A DNA stretch of 46,329 bases from Candidatus Omnitrophica bacterium CG11_big_fil_rev_8_21_14_0_20_63_9 (GTDB taxonomy: Bacteria; Omnitrophota; Gorgyraeia; Aquiviventales; Aquiviventaceae): positions 5,636-51,964 of the forward strand of contig PCVX01000023.1 in the NCBI GenBank assembly GCA_002796105.1, read 5' to 3'. Under the pieces are notes generated by a model. That model did no database searches, was not told the origin of the DNA, and worked only from the letters and a program-made list of their open reading frames with translations. Of this stretch, positions 18,582 to 28,439 are shown in pieces. The position numbers and the translations under genes were made by a program. How positions within the stretch are numbered: position 1 is the first letter of the stretch; every line of letters begins with the position of its first letter.

Positions 18582-18600
18582 ACGCATTCACAGGTTACCC

Positions 18601-18783
18601 ATGCCAAGAGTCGAAGTCCGAGACGATGAGTCACTCGAGAAGGCGCTGAGGCGCTTTAAGCGCATGCTTGAGCGTGAAGGCATCCTGAAGGCGCTCAAGG
18701 CGAAGAAGCACTACGAGAAGCCCAGCGAACGCAAGCGCCGCGAGTTGCGCCAGGCGATCAGCCGACGTGCTCGTAATAGCTAG
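18601..18783 (+). CDS. rpsU: 30S ribosomal protein S21
   Basis: MPRVEVRDDESLEKALRRFKRMLEREGILKALKAKKHYEKPSERKRRELRQAISRRARNS (60 aa) is typical S21. The ORF-track start 18553 would include the promoter. Confidence 0.93.
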   Translation: MPRVEVRDDESLEKALRRFKRMLEREGILKALKAKKHYEKPSERKRRELRQAISRRARNS

Positions 18784-18818
18784 CCCCGTCGAGCCTCATC
18801 CCCCCAGTCCAAGAACTG

Positions 18819-21482
18819 TTGCAAACCGAAAGGGTAGTGCCTATTCCGAGCCTTCGGTGTGCGCATCGCTCCTTCCGCCCGCTGCTTCCGTGGCTCGGCG
18901 CGTGTAGCCTGCTGCTCATGATGTCCCCAGCCCCAGGACTTGCCACCGCGCCAACGCAACGCTCCGGTGTCCGGCAGCTCATCCTCGACAACGGCCTGCA
19001 TGCCGTCTGGGAAGCGGATGGGCGCCAGCCGCTCGTCGCGATCGAGGCCCGCATCAAGGGCGGGCTGCGCGGCGAAGGCCGCTACGTGGGCAGCGGCATC
19101 ACGCACTTCATCGAGCATATGCTCTTCAAGGGCACCACGTCGCGCGCCCCCGGCACGATCGAGCAGGAGATCCGCCGCTACGGGGGCACGATCAACGCGT
19201 TCACCTCCTTTGACGTGACCGGCGTGTCGCTGTTCGTCGAGGCGCGCTACCTGCCGCAGGCGCTGGATCTGCTGGCGGACATCCTGCAGCACGCGGTCTT
19301 CGACCCCAAGGAATTCGAGAAAGAGCGCGCCGTCATCATCTCCGAAATGCACATGAACCTGGATGACCCGGACCGGCGCATCCACTATGTGTTCTGGGGC
19401 CGGCATCTGCTCGAGCATCCGTATCGGCATCCGGTCATCGGCTACCAGCCGGTGTTCGAGCGGCTGACGGTGAAAGATCTCTCCGACTTCTACGCGGCGC
19501 AGTACCATCCGCAGAACGTCACACTGGCGATCGCCGGCGATGTGGACGGCGCGGACGTCCCGCAACTGCTGGAGAAGACCTTCGGCGCGTGGCCGCGCGG
19601 CCCGGTCGATCCGTCGCAGCTGCTGGTACCCTTGGAGCCGCCCAGTGCGAGCGCGAAGGAGCAGGCCATCGAGCTGCCGGTGCAGACCGCGTACGTGCTC
19701 CTGGGATTTTCCTCGGTGCGGCTCGCCGACCCGCAGCTCTACGCGCTGGATGTGCTGGCGAACATTCTTGGCGATGGGCGCAGCTCGCGGTTGTATGAGG
19801 GGATCGTCCGCCAGCGGCGCCTGGCGCATTCCATTGCATCGTGGGACTACACGCCCTACGATCCCGGGGTCTTCGCGATCCATTTCCGCACCGACCCGGA
19901 GCGCATCGACGCGGCCACGCAGGCGATCCTGCAGCTGATCGATGAGGTGAAGCAGCGCGGCGTGACGGACGCGGAGCTGCGCAAGGCGAAGCGCTCGGTG
20001 GCCGCAGGCTATCTGTTCGGGCTGCAGACGGTGGAGGCGAAGGCGTCGGATTTGGCGAATTCGCTGGCCTCGACCGGCGACCCGCTGTTCTCCCGCCAGT
20101 ACGTCACCGGCGTCGAACAGGTGACGAAAGAGCAGGTGCAGGCGGTGGCCCAGAAATTCCTCGATGCATCCAAGATGACCAGGGCGATCATCCGCCCGGT
20201 CGCCGCCGCGCAAGCCGCGCCCGCGGCGCCGGAGTCGGCCGGCTTGTCGATGGTGAAAACCGCGCTGCCCAACGGTGCTGCGGTGATTGTCGGCGTCGAT
20301 CGGGCGCTGCCCATCGCGGCGATCACGGTGGCCTTTCACGGCGGCGTGCGGGTGGAAACCGACGAGACGCAAGGACTCTCTAACTTGGTGGCCCAGCTGC
20401 TGACGAAGGGCACGGCGCGCAAGAGCGCGTCGGAGATCGCGCTTCAGGTGGAGTCGCTCGGCGGCCACCTGGAAGCGTTCAGCGGCCGGGACGGGTTCGG
20501 CATTGTGCTGCAGGTCTTGGCGCAGGACGTGCCTGACGGGTTGGCGCTGGCGCAGGAGCTCATCACGCAGTCGACGTTTTCGAACGACGAGCTGACCATC
20601 CAGCGGCAGCTGATCGCCAACCAGCTGCAAGCACAGGAAGACGAAGTGTTCGATGTGGGCGGCCGATTGCTGCGCCGCACGCTCTTCGCCCAGCATCCGT
20701 ATCGTTTCCATCCGCTCGGACACCGCGACACCATCGGCACGCTGAGCCGGGCGCAGTGCCTGGAGTTTGCCAAGCGCTGGATCGTGCCCTCGAACATGGT
20801 CGTGTCCGTGGTCGGGGATGTTTCGCAGGAAGCGGTCGAAGCCAAGGTGCGCAAGCTCTTCGGATCCGGCACGCCGGCTTCTTCGCCATGGCCGTCCGCG
20901 ATGCCGGCAGGGGTGCTGGACGGGGTCCGCGAAGCCTCTCAAGTGGTGGACAAAGAACAAGCGGTGATCATGTTCGGGTTCCTCGGCAGCGCGCATGCTG
21001 CCCCGGACCGCGACGCGCTGGACGTGCTGACCGCGGTGCTCTCCGGCATGGCCGGACGGCTGTTTCAGAGCGTGCGCGAGCAGTACGGCCTCTCGTACAC
21101 GCTGGGTGCCAGCCACGTGCCGGGATGGGACCGCGGGCTGCTGCTGGTGTATGCGGCGACACGGCCGCAGGAGCAGGCGCGTGTGCTGCAGGTCATGCAA
21201 GAGCAGCTGCAGCTGGTGGTCGAGGCGGGGGTGACCGACGAGGAAGTCGAGCAAGCCAAGCGCTATCTAATCGGCCAGCACCGGATGGACCTCCAGTCCG
21301 TCGTGGGACTATCCCGTCAATCGGCGTTGGATGAGCTCTACGGGCTGGGGTACGACGCGTGGACGACGTATGAATCGCGCATCAACGCCATCACGCCGTC
21401 GCGCGTGCATGAGGCGGCGCGGCAATACCTGACGATGAACCAACGGGCGCAAGTCACCGTGGGCCCGAACGGCCACCAATGA
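18819..21482 (+). CDS. Secreted tandem M16 (pitrilysin/insulinase-family) zinc peptidase
   Basis: 887 aa, made of two M16 units. The first carries the inverted zinc motif HFIEHMLFKGT (HxxEH). Signal-like N-terminus ...LGACSLLLMMSPAPGLATA. The start is uncertain (TTG 18819 or GTG 18837). Confidence 0.88.
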   Translation: MQTERVVPIPSLRCAHRSFRPLLPWLGACSLLLMMSPAPGLATAPTQRSGVRQLILDNGLHAVWEADGRQPLVAIEARIKGGLRGEGRYVGSGITHFIEHMLFKGTTSRAPGTIEQEIRRYGGTINAFTSFDVTGVSLFVEARYLPQALDLLADILQHAVFDPKEFEKERAVIISEMHMNLDDPDRRIHYVFWGRHLLEHPYRHPVIGYQPVFERLTVKDLSDFYAAQYHPQNVTLAIAGDVDGADVPQLLEKTFGAWPRGPVDPSQLLVPLEPPSASAKEQAIELPVQTAYVLLGFSSVRLADPQLYALDVLANILGDGRSSRLYEGIVRQRRLAHSIASWDYTPYDPGVFAIHFRTDPERIDAATQAILQLIDEVKQRGVTDAELRKAKRSVAAGYLFGLQTVEAKASDLANSLASTGDPLFSRQYVTGVEQVTKEQVQAVAQKFLDASKMTRAIIRPVAAAQAAPAAPESAGLSMVKTALPNGAAVIVGVDRALPIAAITVAFHGGVRVETDETQGLSNLVAQLLTKGTARKSASEIALQVESLGGHLEAFSGRDGFGIVLQVLAQDVPDGLALAQELITQSTFSNDELTIQRQLIANQLQAQEDEVFDVGGRLLRRTLFAQHPYRFHPLGHRDTIGTLSRAQCLEFAKRWIVPSNMVVSVVGDVSQEAVEAKVRKLFGSGTPASSPWPSAMPAGVLDGVREASQVVDKEQAVIMFGFLGSAHAAPDRDALDVLTAVLSGMAGRLFQSVREQYGLSYTLGASHVPGWDRGLLLVYAATRPQEQARVLQVMQEQLQLVVEAGVTDEEVEQAKRYLIGQHRMDLQSVVGLSRQSALDELYGLGYDAWTTYESRINAITPSRVHEAARQYLTMNQRAQVTVGPNGHQ

Positions 21483-21500
21483 CAGTCACATCGTTGGACA

Positions 21501-21530
21501 ATCCGAGATCCGAGATCCGAGATCCGAGAT
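21501..21530 (+). repeat. Heptanucleotide tandem repeat (ATCCGAG)x4.3
   Basis: Four perfect copies of atccgag (21501-21528) plus 'at', ending 5 nt before ATG 21536. Confidence 0.95.
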
Positions 21531-21535
21531 AGCAA

Positions 21536-22357
21536 ATGGTCGTTCCGGTTATCAGGCGGCCGTCAGTTGCAGGATACTTTTACCCAGCGGATCGCGCAGC
21601 ATTGGCGGCCGCTATTCGCCAAGCGCTTCCCGCCAAGACGGAAACCATTGCCGCTACCGCGGTCCTGGTGCCCCACGGCGGTTGGGCGCAGACCAGCGCG
21701 GTGATGGCCGAGACGTTGGGACGAATCGAGATCCCCAAGCGCTGCCTCCTACTGGGCGCCTCTCACACGGGAACCCGCGCGCACTGGAGCGTGATGTCGG
21801 CAGGCGCATACGAGACGCCGCTTGGCGAGGTGTCGATCGATGAGCAGGCGGTTGATGCGCTGCGGCGCGCATGCCCCCAGTTGCAAGTGGACGACGAGGC
21901 TCATGTTGGCGAGCACTCTCTCGAGGTGGTGCTGCCGTGGCTGCAAACCCTTGGGCGCGCCGAGTTGCAGGTCGTTCCGGTAGTGGCAGGCAGCCTCGAT
22001 GCCGCCTCGCTTGGCGTGATGGCGGATGGCATCGCCGGGGTGTTGCGGCACTCCACGGGGTCCACGCTGATCATCATGAGCTCAGACCTCTCACATTACC
22101 TGGCGCAGGAGCGGGCGCGCGCAGAGGATGAATCGCTGCTCGCGTGCATCGCTCGGCTGGACGGCGCCGGGTTGTTGAGCCAGGTGGACGCGCGACAGCT
22201 GGTCATGTGCGGAGACGGCGCGGTGGCTTGCGGATTGGAGGTTGCGGCTCGGCTTGGCGCCGGGCGCGCGGTCCAGGTAGCCTATCGCACGAGCGCTGAA
22301 ACGGGCGGAGATCCTCAGGCAGTCATCGGGTACGCAGGCGTGATCATTCACCACTAA
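21536..22357 (+). CDS. MEMO1-family protein (AmmeMemoRadiSam system protein B-like)
   Basis: IRRPSVAGYFYPAD...L, ...VLVPHGGW..., ...GEHSLEVVLPWLQ..., ...SSDLSHY... are the Memo-family signature blocks. Confidence 0.85.
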   Translation: MVVPVIRRPSVAGYFYPADRAALAAAIRQALPAKTETIAATAVLVPHGGWAQTSAVMAETLGRIEIPKRCLLLGASHTGTRAHWSVMSAGAYETPLGEVSIDEQAVDALRRACPQLQVDDEAHVGEHSLEVVLPWLQTLGRAELQVVPVVAGSLDAASLGVMADGIAGVLRHSTGSTLIIMSSDLSHYLAQERARAEDESLLACIARLDGAGLLSQVDARQLVMCGDGAVACGLEVAARLGAGRAVQVAYRTSAETGGDPQAVIGYAGVIIHH

Positions 22358-22367
22358 AGGATAGGGA

Positions 22368-22793
22368 ATGGCAGAGCCGATCAAGAAGAAAGTTGATGAG
22401 TCATGGAAGGAGCAGGCCGAGCGGGAAAAGCAGGCTGTCGTCGGAGCGCAACCCGGCCCAGGCGTTGCAGCTGGTCCAGCGCCCGCTCCTGCAGCCGAAG
22501 GCCAGCCGACGGCCGGTCCCAGTGCTGCGTCGGCAGCGGATGAGGTGCCGCAGGCGCGATTCGATATGTTCATTTCGGGATTGGCCATGGAAGCGCTCAT
22601 TGCGCTGGGGGACATGGCGCATCCGGTGACGCGCAAGCAGTCGCTGAACCTCCCCCATGCCAAATACCTCATCGACTTGCTCGGCGTGATGGAAGAGAAG
22701 ACCAAAGGCAACCTGGCGGTGGATGAGGAGCGCCTCTTGAAGGACGCGCTGTACCAGCTGCGCATGCGCTACCTGGGTAAGGGGGGCACCTAA
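22368..22793 (+). CDS. DUF1844 domain protein
   Basis: ...FDMFISGLAMEALIALGDMAHPVTRKQSLNLPHAKYLIDLLGVMEEKTKGNL..EE..LL...LYQLRMRY matches the DUF1844 pattern as I remember it. Confidence 0.75.
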   Translation: MAEPIKKKVDESWKEQAEREKQAVVGAQPGPGVAAGPAPAPAAEGQPTAGPSAASAADEVPQARFDMFISGLAMEALIALGDMAHPVTRKQSLNLPHAKYLIDLLGVMEEKTKGNLAVDEERLLKDALYQLRMRYLGKGGT

Positions 22794-22798
22794 TCTCC

Positions 22799-24151
22799 AT
22801 GTGGGGCCTTGTGGCGGTCCTCATCCTGTTGGTGGCGGGCGTTCTTTTCCTGCTGACTCGCCGCAACGTCCATCCTGATGGCGCCGCCGTCGCCGTGCTT
22901 CGGGAGCAGCTGGAGAAAGCCGATAAGGACTTTGTTCTCTTGCGTGAGCAGCTACGGCAAGAGCAGGAGCGCCGCGTGACCGCGGAAACGCGGTTGGCCG
23001 AAGCCGTCAAGAATATCGAAGAGCAGCGGCAGCTGCTTGGCGAGACCGAACAGCGCTTGCGCGAAGCATTTGTCGCGCTCTCCAGCGAGGCGTTAAGCGA
23101 GAACAACCAGGCGTTTCTCATGCTCGCGAAGCAGTCATTCGAGAAGGTCATGGTGGAGACCCGCGGGGAGTTCGGCCAGCGGGAAAAGGCGATCAAGGGC
23201 ATTGTCGATCCGCTGGCCAAGGCGCTGGATGACCTTCGCGATCAGGTCGGGCTCTTTGAACAGAGCCGGTCCAAGGATCAGGGGGCGCTTCAAGAGCATT
23301 TAAGGCTGTTAACCCAGGCCGAGCAGGAGCTGCGCAACCAGACTGAGCATCTCGTGACGGCGCTGCAGACGCCCAACGTGGGCGGCCAATGGGGTGAAAT
23401 GACGCTGCGGCGCGTCGTGGAGCTGGCTGGCATGTCGGACCATTGCGATTTCACCGAGCAGGTTTCCATTATGGCAGAAGGCGCGGTCCGCCTGCGTCCG
23501 GATGTGGTCGTCAACCTGCCGGGCGGGCGATGCGTGGTCGTGGATGCAAAGACCTCGCTGTCTGCGTACCTGACGGCGGTTGAGGCGAAGACCGAGGAGG
23601 AACGAGAGAGCGCCCTCAAGCTTCACGCTGAGCAGCTGCGCCAGCATCTACGGGAACTGTCCTCCAAGGAATACTGGGGGCAGTTTCGGACCTCGCCGGA
23701 GTTTGTGGTGATGTTCATTCCCGGCGAATCCTTCTTCAGCGCGGCGATGAAGTATGACCGGTCGCTCCTGGAAGATGGGATGGGCAACCAGGTGGTGTTA
23801 GCGTCGCCTGCAACACTCATCGCTTTGTTGAAAGCGGTGGCTTTTGGGTGGCGGCAGGAGCAGTTTGCCCGCAGCGCGCAAGTCGTGGCTGACCTTGGCC
23901 GGGAGATCTACAGCCGGTTCTTGACGTACCTGGAGCATGTCCGGCGCATGGGCAGCAGCCTGGGCCAATCGGTTCAATCGTACAATCAGATGGTCGGCTC
24001 GCTGGAAACGCGCGTGCTGCCCGGGCTGAGGCGGTTCCGCGAGCTGGGGGCTACCGGGGAGAAGGAAATCGGTCCGGCCGAACCCGTAGAACAGCTGCCG
24101 CGAGAGGTCAGCATCCGAGAACAGATCTCATCCCACGTGGAGGGGTCATGA
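22799..24151 (+). CDS. rmuC: DNA recombination protein RmuC
   Basis: N-terminal TM, long coiled-coil, then ...RGQWGE..L.R..E.AGM... (here [19 protein letters not shown]), ...[10 protein letters not shown]..., ...[10 protein letters not shown]... are typical RmuC. Confidence 0.88.
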   Translation: MWGLVAVLILLVAGVLFLLTRRNVHPDGAAVAVLREQLEKADKDFVLLREQLRQEQERRVTAETRLAEAVKNIEEQRQLLGETEQRLREAFVALSSEALSENNQAFLMLAKQSFEKVMVETRGEFGQREKAIKGIVDPLAKALDDLRDQVGLFEQSRSKDQGALQEHLRLLTQAEQELRNQTEHLVTALQTPNVGGQWGEMTLRRVVELAGMSDHCDFTEQVSIMAEGAVRLRPDVVVNLPGGRCVVVDAKTSLSAYLTAVEAKTEEERESALKLHAEQLRQHLRELSSKEYWGQFRTSPEFVVMFIPGESFFSAAMKYDRSLLEDGMGNQVVLASPATLIALLKAVAFGWRQEQFARSAQVVADLGREIYSRFLTYLEHVRRMGSSLGQSVQSYNQMVGSLETRVLPGLRRFRELGATGEKEIGPAEPVEQLPREVSIREQISSHVEGS

Positions 24152-24315
24152 TTGATCCGAAGCTGTTGGAGATCCTGGCATGCCCGGTGTGCAAGACCGA
24201 GGTGAAGCTGCAAGGGGATCGATTAGTCTGCGTGCAATGCGGCCGCCGCTACCCCATCCGTGACGGTATTCCCGTCATGCTGGTGGAAGAGGCGGAACAA
24301 CCCCCGAAAGCCTAA
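24148..24315 (+). CDS. Trm112/UPF0434 (YcaR-like) zinc-ribbon protein
   Basis: Hand translation gives [55 protein letters not shown] (55 aa, below the ORF-track cut-off). ATGA overlap with rmuC. Confidence 0.85.
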   Translation: MIDPKLLEILACPVCKTEVKLQGDRLVCVQCGRRYPIRDGIPVMLVEEAEQPPKA

Positions 24316-24318
24316 GCG

Positions 24319-24849
24319 ATGGCCAAGCAGATTCTGGTCGTTCACGGGCCGAACTTGCAGTTGCTGGGGTCCCGCCAGCCCTCGGTCTACGGCACCGCGA
24401 ACCTGGCGACCATCAACCAGGACTTGAAGCGCCTGGCCACGCAAGAAGGCGCGATCCTGACCTTTGTGCAATCGAACCATGAGGGTGAGATCGTGGAGCG
24501 CATCGGGGCGGCAAAAGGGCGCTACGACGGCCTCCTGATCAACCCGGCTGCGTACACCCACACCAGCGTGGCGATCCGCGACGCGGTGGAAGGGGCCGGC
24601 GTGCCGGCTGTGGAAGTCCATCTCTCCAACATCTATGCGCGCGAGCCGTTCCGGCAGCACTCGCTTATCGCGCCGGTGTGCCGCGGCCAGATCGCAGGGT
24701 TCGGGGCGGCCAGCTACCGCTTGGGCCTGCTCGCCTTGCTGGGCCTGCTGGCATCGGAAGCGGCAGCGCCATCCGGCGTGTCCGACCACCGCCCAGCACC
24801 CTCGAGCCGGAAAACCCGCCGGCCGGCGTCTAAGCGGCGCCGCCGGTAA
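24319..24849 (+). CDS. aroQ: Type II 3-dehydroquinate dehydratase with basic C-terminal tail
   Basis: ILVVHGPNLQLLGSRQPSVYG..., ...QSNHEGEIV..I..., ...LINPAAYTHTSVAIRDA..., ...VEVHLSNI..RE.FR. is typical AroQ. A ~30-aa tail ends ...RKTRRPASKRRRR. Confidence 0.92.
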   Translation: MAKQILVVHGPNLQLLGSRQPSVYGTANLATINQDLKRLATQEGAILTFVQSNHEGEIVERIGAAKGRYDGLLINPAAYTHTSVAIRDAVEGAGVPAVEVHLSNIYAREPFRQHSLIAPVCRGQIAGFGAASYRLGLLALLGLLASEAAAPSGVSDHRPAPSSRKTRRPASKRRRR

Positions 24850-24877
24850 GCGTCAAACCGGCGCCTCCGGGCGGGGA

Positions 24878-24906
24878 TTGACCTGGGCGCCGTTCACCCG
24901 TAGAAT
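24878..24906 (+). promoter_or_regulatory. Near-consensus sigma70-type promoter upstream of efp
   Basis: TTGACC (24878-24883), 17-nt spacer, TAGAAT (24901-24906). The efp GTG 24963 is preceded by AGGAG. Confidence 0.6.
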
Positions 24907-24962
24907 ACCTGCTTCTGCCTACGCACGTTACTGCTGATGCTTGAACCACCAGGAGTTAGCGC

Positions 24963-25520
24963 GTGATTTCAACGACTGAATTCAAGAGCGGAGAGACGCT
25001 GGTCATTGACGGCAATCTCTGGGTCATTGTGGAGTTCCAGCACGTCAAGCCCGGCAAGGGCGGGGCGTTCGTGCGCACCAAGCTGCGCCGTCTGCGGGAC
25101 GATTCCGTGATCGAGCGCACCTTCCGGGCCGGAGAGAAGTTCCAGGAAGCCTATATCGAGAAGCACTCCCTCCAGTACCTTTACCGGACCGCAGACACGT
25201 TCCATCTGATGAATACCACCAGCTATGAAGAGGTCGAAGTGCCCGCTGAGGTGATCGGCAAAGCGGCCGGCTTCCTGAAGGAGAATATGGAGCTGGAAGG
25301 CCAGTTTCATAATGGCCAGCTCATCGGCATCCAGCCGCCGATGTTCGTGGATGTGCGCATCTCGTCCACTGAGCCGGGCTTGCGGGGGGATACCTCCAAA
25401 GGCGGCATGAAGCCGGCGACCTTGGAGACGGGAGCTACCATCCAGGTACCGCTCTTCATTGACACAGGAGAACTCATTCGGGTCGACACCAGAACCAGTT
25501 CGTACGTGTCTCGCGTCTAA
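24963..25520 (+). CDS. efp: Elongation factor P
   Basis: ISTTEFKSGETLVIDGNLWVIVEFQHVKPGKGGAFVRTKLRRL... is typical EF-P with the conserved loop Lys (PGKG). GTG start. Confidence 0.93.
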   Translation: MISTTEFKSGETLVIDGNLWVIVEFQHVKPGKGGAFVRTKLRRLRDDSVIERTFRAGEKFQEAYIEKHSLQYLYRTADTFHLMNTTSYEEVEVPAEVIGKAAGFLKENMELEGQFHNGQLIGIQPPMFVDVRISSTEPGLRGDTSKGGMKPATLETGATIQVPLFIDTGELIRVDTRTSSYVSRV

Positions 25521-25552
25521 CACATCCCCACGGCGAGACCAGGGGGAGGGGC

Positions 25553-26026
25553 ATGGAAAAGCGGTTGAAGTCGTCCGAACGGGAAGCGTTCCGGCTGATC
25601 GAAGAAATGCTCCAGCTCATGGAGAGCCGCGGCCTGGTCGAGCTGGAAATGGAGCACCAGGGGCTGCGTATCCGCCTGAAGAAGGCCTCCAGCAGCCCAG
25701 CCCCCCAAGTCGTCGAATACATCGCCGGCCTCCCCCAACCCGCCGCCTCGGCCGCCGCCAAAGCGGCCGCCGCTGAGGAAAGCCATCGCATCGTCATCAA
25801 ATCGCCCATGGTGGGCACCTTCTACCGGTCTCCCGCTCCGGATGCGCCGCCGTTCGTCGAAGTCGGCCAGGACCTCGACAACGGGCAGGTCGTGTGCATC
25901 ATCGAGGCGATGAAGCTCATGAATGAGATCAAAGCGGAAGTGGATGGGCGCATCTCGGAAATTCTGGTTGAGAACGGGTCGCCGGTCGAGTTCGGGCAGC
26001 CGCTGTTCGTCGTCGAGCCCCGCTAA
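25553..26026 (+). CDS. accB: Acetyl-CoA carboxylase biotin carboxyl carrier protein
   Basis: Ala/Pro linker, then ...[14 protein letters not shown]...PFVEVG..........[12 protein letters not shown]...G.I. with the biotinylation motif EAMKLM. Confidence 0.93.
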   Translation: MEKRLKSSEREAFRLIEEMLQLMESRGLVELEMEHQGLRIRLKKASSSPAPQVVEYIAGLPQPAASAAAKAAAAEESHRIVIKSPMVGTFYRSPAPDAPPFVEVGQDLDNGQVVCIIEAMKLMNEIKAEVDGRISEILVENGSPVEFGQPLFVVEPR

Positions 26027-26046
26027 CCTCCTCGCATGTATGGCGC

Positions 26047-27408
26047 ATGTTCTCAAAAATCCTGATCGCCAATCGCGGAGAGATCGCCGTCCGGGTCATC
26101 CGGGCGTGCAAGGAGATGAACATCCGGACGGTCGCGGTCTATTCGGAAGCGGACCGCAACAGCCTGCACGTCCGGTTGGCCGATGAAGCGGTCTGCATCG
26201 GCGGTCCGAAGGCTGAGCAAAGCTACCTAAACATCCCCTCGATCATCAGCGCCGCGGAAATCGCGGACGTTGACGGCATCCATCCCGGCTACGGGTTCCT
26301 CTCGCAAAACGCCCATTTCGCCGAGATCTGCGAGTCCTGCAACATCACCTTCATCGGCCCCACGGCGCAGTCCATCCGCCTCATGGGCGATAAGATCGCC
26401 GCGAAGGATCTCATGCGCAAGACCGGCATCCCGATCATTCCCGGCAGCATGTCGGCGGTGCGCAATAAAGAGGATGCGCTGAAAACCGCGCGCCGCATCA
26501 ATTATCCGGTGATCGTCAAGGCGGCGGCCGGGGGCGGCGGGCGCGGTATGCGCGTGTGCCATAACGACGTGCGGCTTATCAGCGCGCTCATGACCTGCCA
26601 GGCCGAGGCCGAGGCGAGCTTCGGCAACAGCGATGTATTTGTCGAAAAGTATCTGGAGGAGCCGCGGCATATCGAATTCCAGATTATGGCGGACCGGGCC
26701 GGGCACACCATCCATCTCGGCGAGCGCGACTGCACGATCCAGCGCCGCCACCAGAAGCTGATCGAGGAGTCGCCGTCGCCGGTCGTGGATGTCAAACTAC
26801 GTCGTAAGATGGGCGAGCTTGCGGTGCGCGCGGCCAAGGCGGCCAATTACACGTCTGCGGGGACCGTTGAGTTTCTGCTCGATAAGGACGGCTCCTTCTA
26901 CTTTATCGAGATGAATACCCGCATCCAGGTGGAGCACCCGGTGACCGAGATGGTGACCGGCCTGGACCTGATCAGGGAGCAAATCCGCATGGCTGCCGGC
27001 GAATCGTTGGGCATGAAGCAGGATGACGTCCGGCTCGATGGCTGGGCGATCGAATGCCGCGTCAACGCGGAGGACCCGGCCAACGGGTTCTCGCCGTGCC
27101 CGGGACGCATCGCCTCCTACCACGAGCCAGGCGGCCGGGGGGTGCGGGTCGATACGCACATCTTTGCCGGATACGAGGTGCCGCCATATTATGACTCGCT
27201 CTTGGCGAAGCTCATCACGACCGGCGAGACGCGGCAGGAAGCCATCCGGGTGATGCAGCGGGCGCTGGATGAGTTCTTCATCGAGCCGCTGCGCACGACG
27301 ATCCCGCTCCACAAGCAGATCTTCAGCGATCCGACGTTCTGGCGCGGCCAAATCGCGACCGATTACATCGATCGGCAACTCCAACAACAAACAGGGGAGA
27401 CGGAATGA
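26047..27408 (+). CDS. accC: Acetyl-CoA carboxylase biotin carboxylase subunit
   Basis: [24 protein letters not shown]..., [11 protein letters not shown], ...[13 protein letters not shown]..., ...[17 protein letters not shown]..., ...[14 protein letters not shown]... are typical AccC. Confidence 0.95.
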   Translation: MFSKILIANRGEIAVRVIRACKEMNIRTVAVYSEADRNSLHVRLADEAVCIGGPKAEQSYLNIPSIISAAEIADVDGIHPGYGFLSQNAHFAEICESCNITFIGPTAQSIRLMGDKIAAKDLMRKTGIPIIPGSMSAVRNKEDALKTARRINYPVIVKAAAGGGGRGMRVCHNDVRLISALMTCQAEAEASFGNSDVFVEKYLEEPRHIEFQIMADRAGHTIHLGERDCTIQRRHQKLIEESPSPVVDVKLRRKMGELAVRAAKAANYTSAGTVEFLLDKDGSFYFIEMNTRIQVEHPVTEMVTGLDLIREQIRMAAGESLGMKQDDVRLDGWAIECRVNAEDPANGFSPCPGRIASYHEPGGRGVRVDTHIFAGYEVPPYYDSLLAKLITTGETRQEAIRVMQRALDEFFIEPLRTTIPLHKQIFSDPTFWRGQIATDYIDRQLQQQTGETE

Positions 27409-28439
27409 GCGCAGTGAAGACGCTTGGCGTGCTGACCGGGGGCGGAGACTGTCCCGGTTTGAACCCGGTGATCCGCGCGGTGACTCGGCGGGCGATCCAG
27501 GCCGGTATGCAGGTCATCGGCATCCGCAACGGCTGGAAAGGGCTGATTGTCGGCGATACCGTGCCGCTGGACCTCCAGTCCGTGTCGGGCATCCTGCCAA
27601 AGGGCGGCACGATTTTGGGCACGTCCCGCACGAACCCCTACAAGAAGCCGGAAGACCTCAAGAAGCTGCTGGAGACGTACAAGCGGTTGGAGTTCGATGC
27701 GCTCATCCCGATTGGGGGCGAAGACACGCTGGGGGTTGCCACGAAGCTGGTGAAAGAGGGCATCAAGCTCGTCGGGGTGCCCAAGACGATCGATAACGAT
27801 CTTTCGGCGACCGATTTCACCTTCGGCTTCGACACCGCCGTGAACATTGCCATGGAAGCGATCGACCGGCTGCACACGACCGCGGAAAGCCACCACCGGA
27901 TCATGGTGGCCGAGGTGATGGGCCGCCATGCCGGCTGGATCGCGACCTACGCCGGCATCGCCGGCGGCGCGGATGTGATCCTCATCCCGGAAGAGCCGAT
28001 CGACATCAACGCGGTGTGCGACATTATCAAGAAACGCCACCAGCGCGGCAAGGACTTCAGCATCATCGTGGTGGCGGAAGGGGCGAAATTCGGCGATAAG
28101 GACCTGACCGCGACTGAAAAGCTGGATGAGTTCGGCCACGTGCGCCTCGGAGGCATCGGCGATGCGCTCGGCAAGCTCGTCGAGCAGCGCACCGGTTTTG
28201 AAACACGCGTGACGGTGCTGGGTCATATCCAGCGGGGTGGGAGCCCGACCGCGTTCGACCGCGTGCTGGGCACGCGCTTTGGCATCAAGGCGGTGGAGCT
28301 CGTGCTGGAGGGCCAGTTCGGCCAAATGGTGAGTTTGCAGGGGAATTTGATCATCGGCGTGCCGATCGAGCTGGGGACCGGCAAGCTGAAAACCGTGGAC
28401 GCCGATTTGTACCGGCTGGCGAAGATCTTCTTCGGATGA
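27405..28439 (+). CDS. 6-phosphofructokinase, short (344 aa) actinobacterial/PPi-type clade
   Basis: [39 protein letters not shown]. Asp in GGED and Lys in PKTIDND occupy the positions that are Gly/Gly in E. coli-type ATP-PFK. Confidence 0.88.
   Translation: MSAVKTLGVLTGGGDCPGLNPVIRAVTRRAIQAGMQVIGIRNGWKGLIVGDTVPLDLQSVSGILPKGGTILGTSRTNPYKKPEDLKKLLETYKRLEFDALIPIGGEDTLGVATKLVKEGIKLVGVPKTIDNDLSATDFTFGFDTAVNIAMEAIDRLHTTAESHHRIMVAEVMGRHAGWIATYAGIAGGADVILIPEEPIDINAVCDIIKKRHQRGKDFSIIVVAEGAKFGDKDLTATEKLDEFGHVRLGGIGDALGKLVEQRTGFETRVTVLGHIQRGGSPTAFDRVLGTRFGIKAVELVLEGQFGQMVSLQGNLIIGVPIELGTGKLKTVDADLYRLAKIFFG

Noticed and set aside
18780-21254. 824-aa minus-strand ORF, the largest of many long antisense ORFs. 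Others: 2635-4128, 5574-6575, 10020-11180, 12103-13182, 13179-14156, 27363-28325, 33183-34007, 36974-37873 and 41942-42568, all on the minus strand.
   Set aside because: Each lies exactly antisense to a plus-strand gene with unmistakable family motifs (M16 peptidase, rpsE-rplO-secY, map, aminotransferases, lipA, pfk, dgt, helicase, propeller). Their translations are Arg/Ala/Pro/Gly/His-rich with no recognisable motifs. These are classic shadow ORFs of a GC-rich genome with few stop codons.
21501-21530. Whether the short tandem repeat, or the 192-195-bp repeats at 39563-40339, could be a CRISPR array.
   Set aside because: The 7-nt units are contiguous with no spacers. The 192-195-bp units are in-frame coding repeats of a signal-peptide protein, also with no spacers. 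No cas genes are present.
24851-24877. Possible terminator hairpin right after aroQ (CGCC-tccg-GGCG).
   Set aside because: Only about 4 bp of stem and no T-tract, which is not distinguishable from chance in GC-rich sequence.
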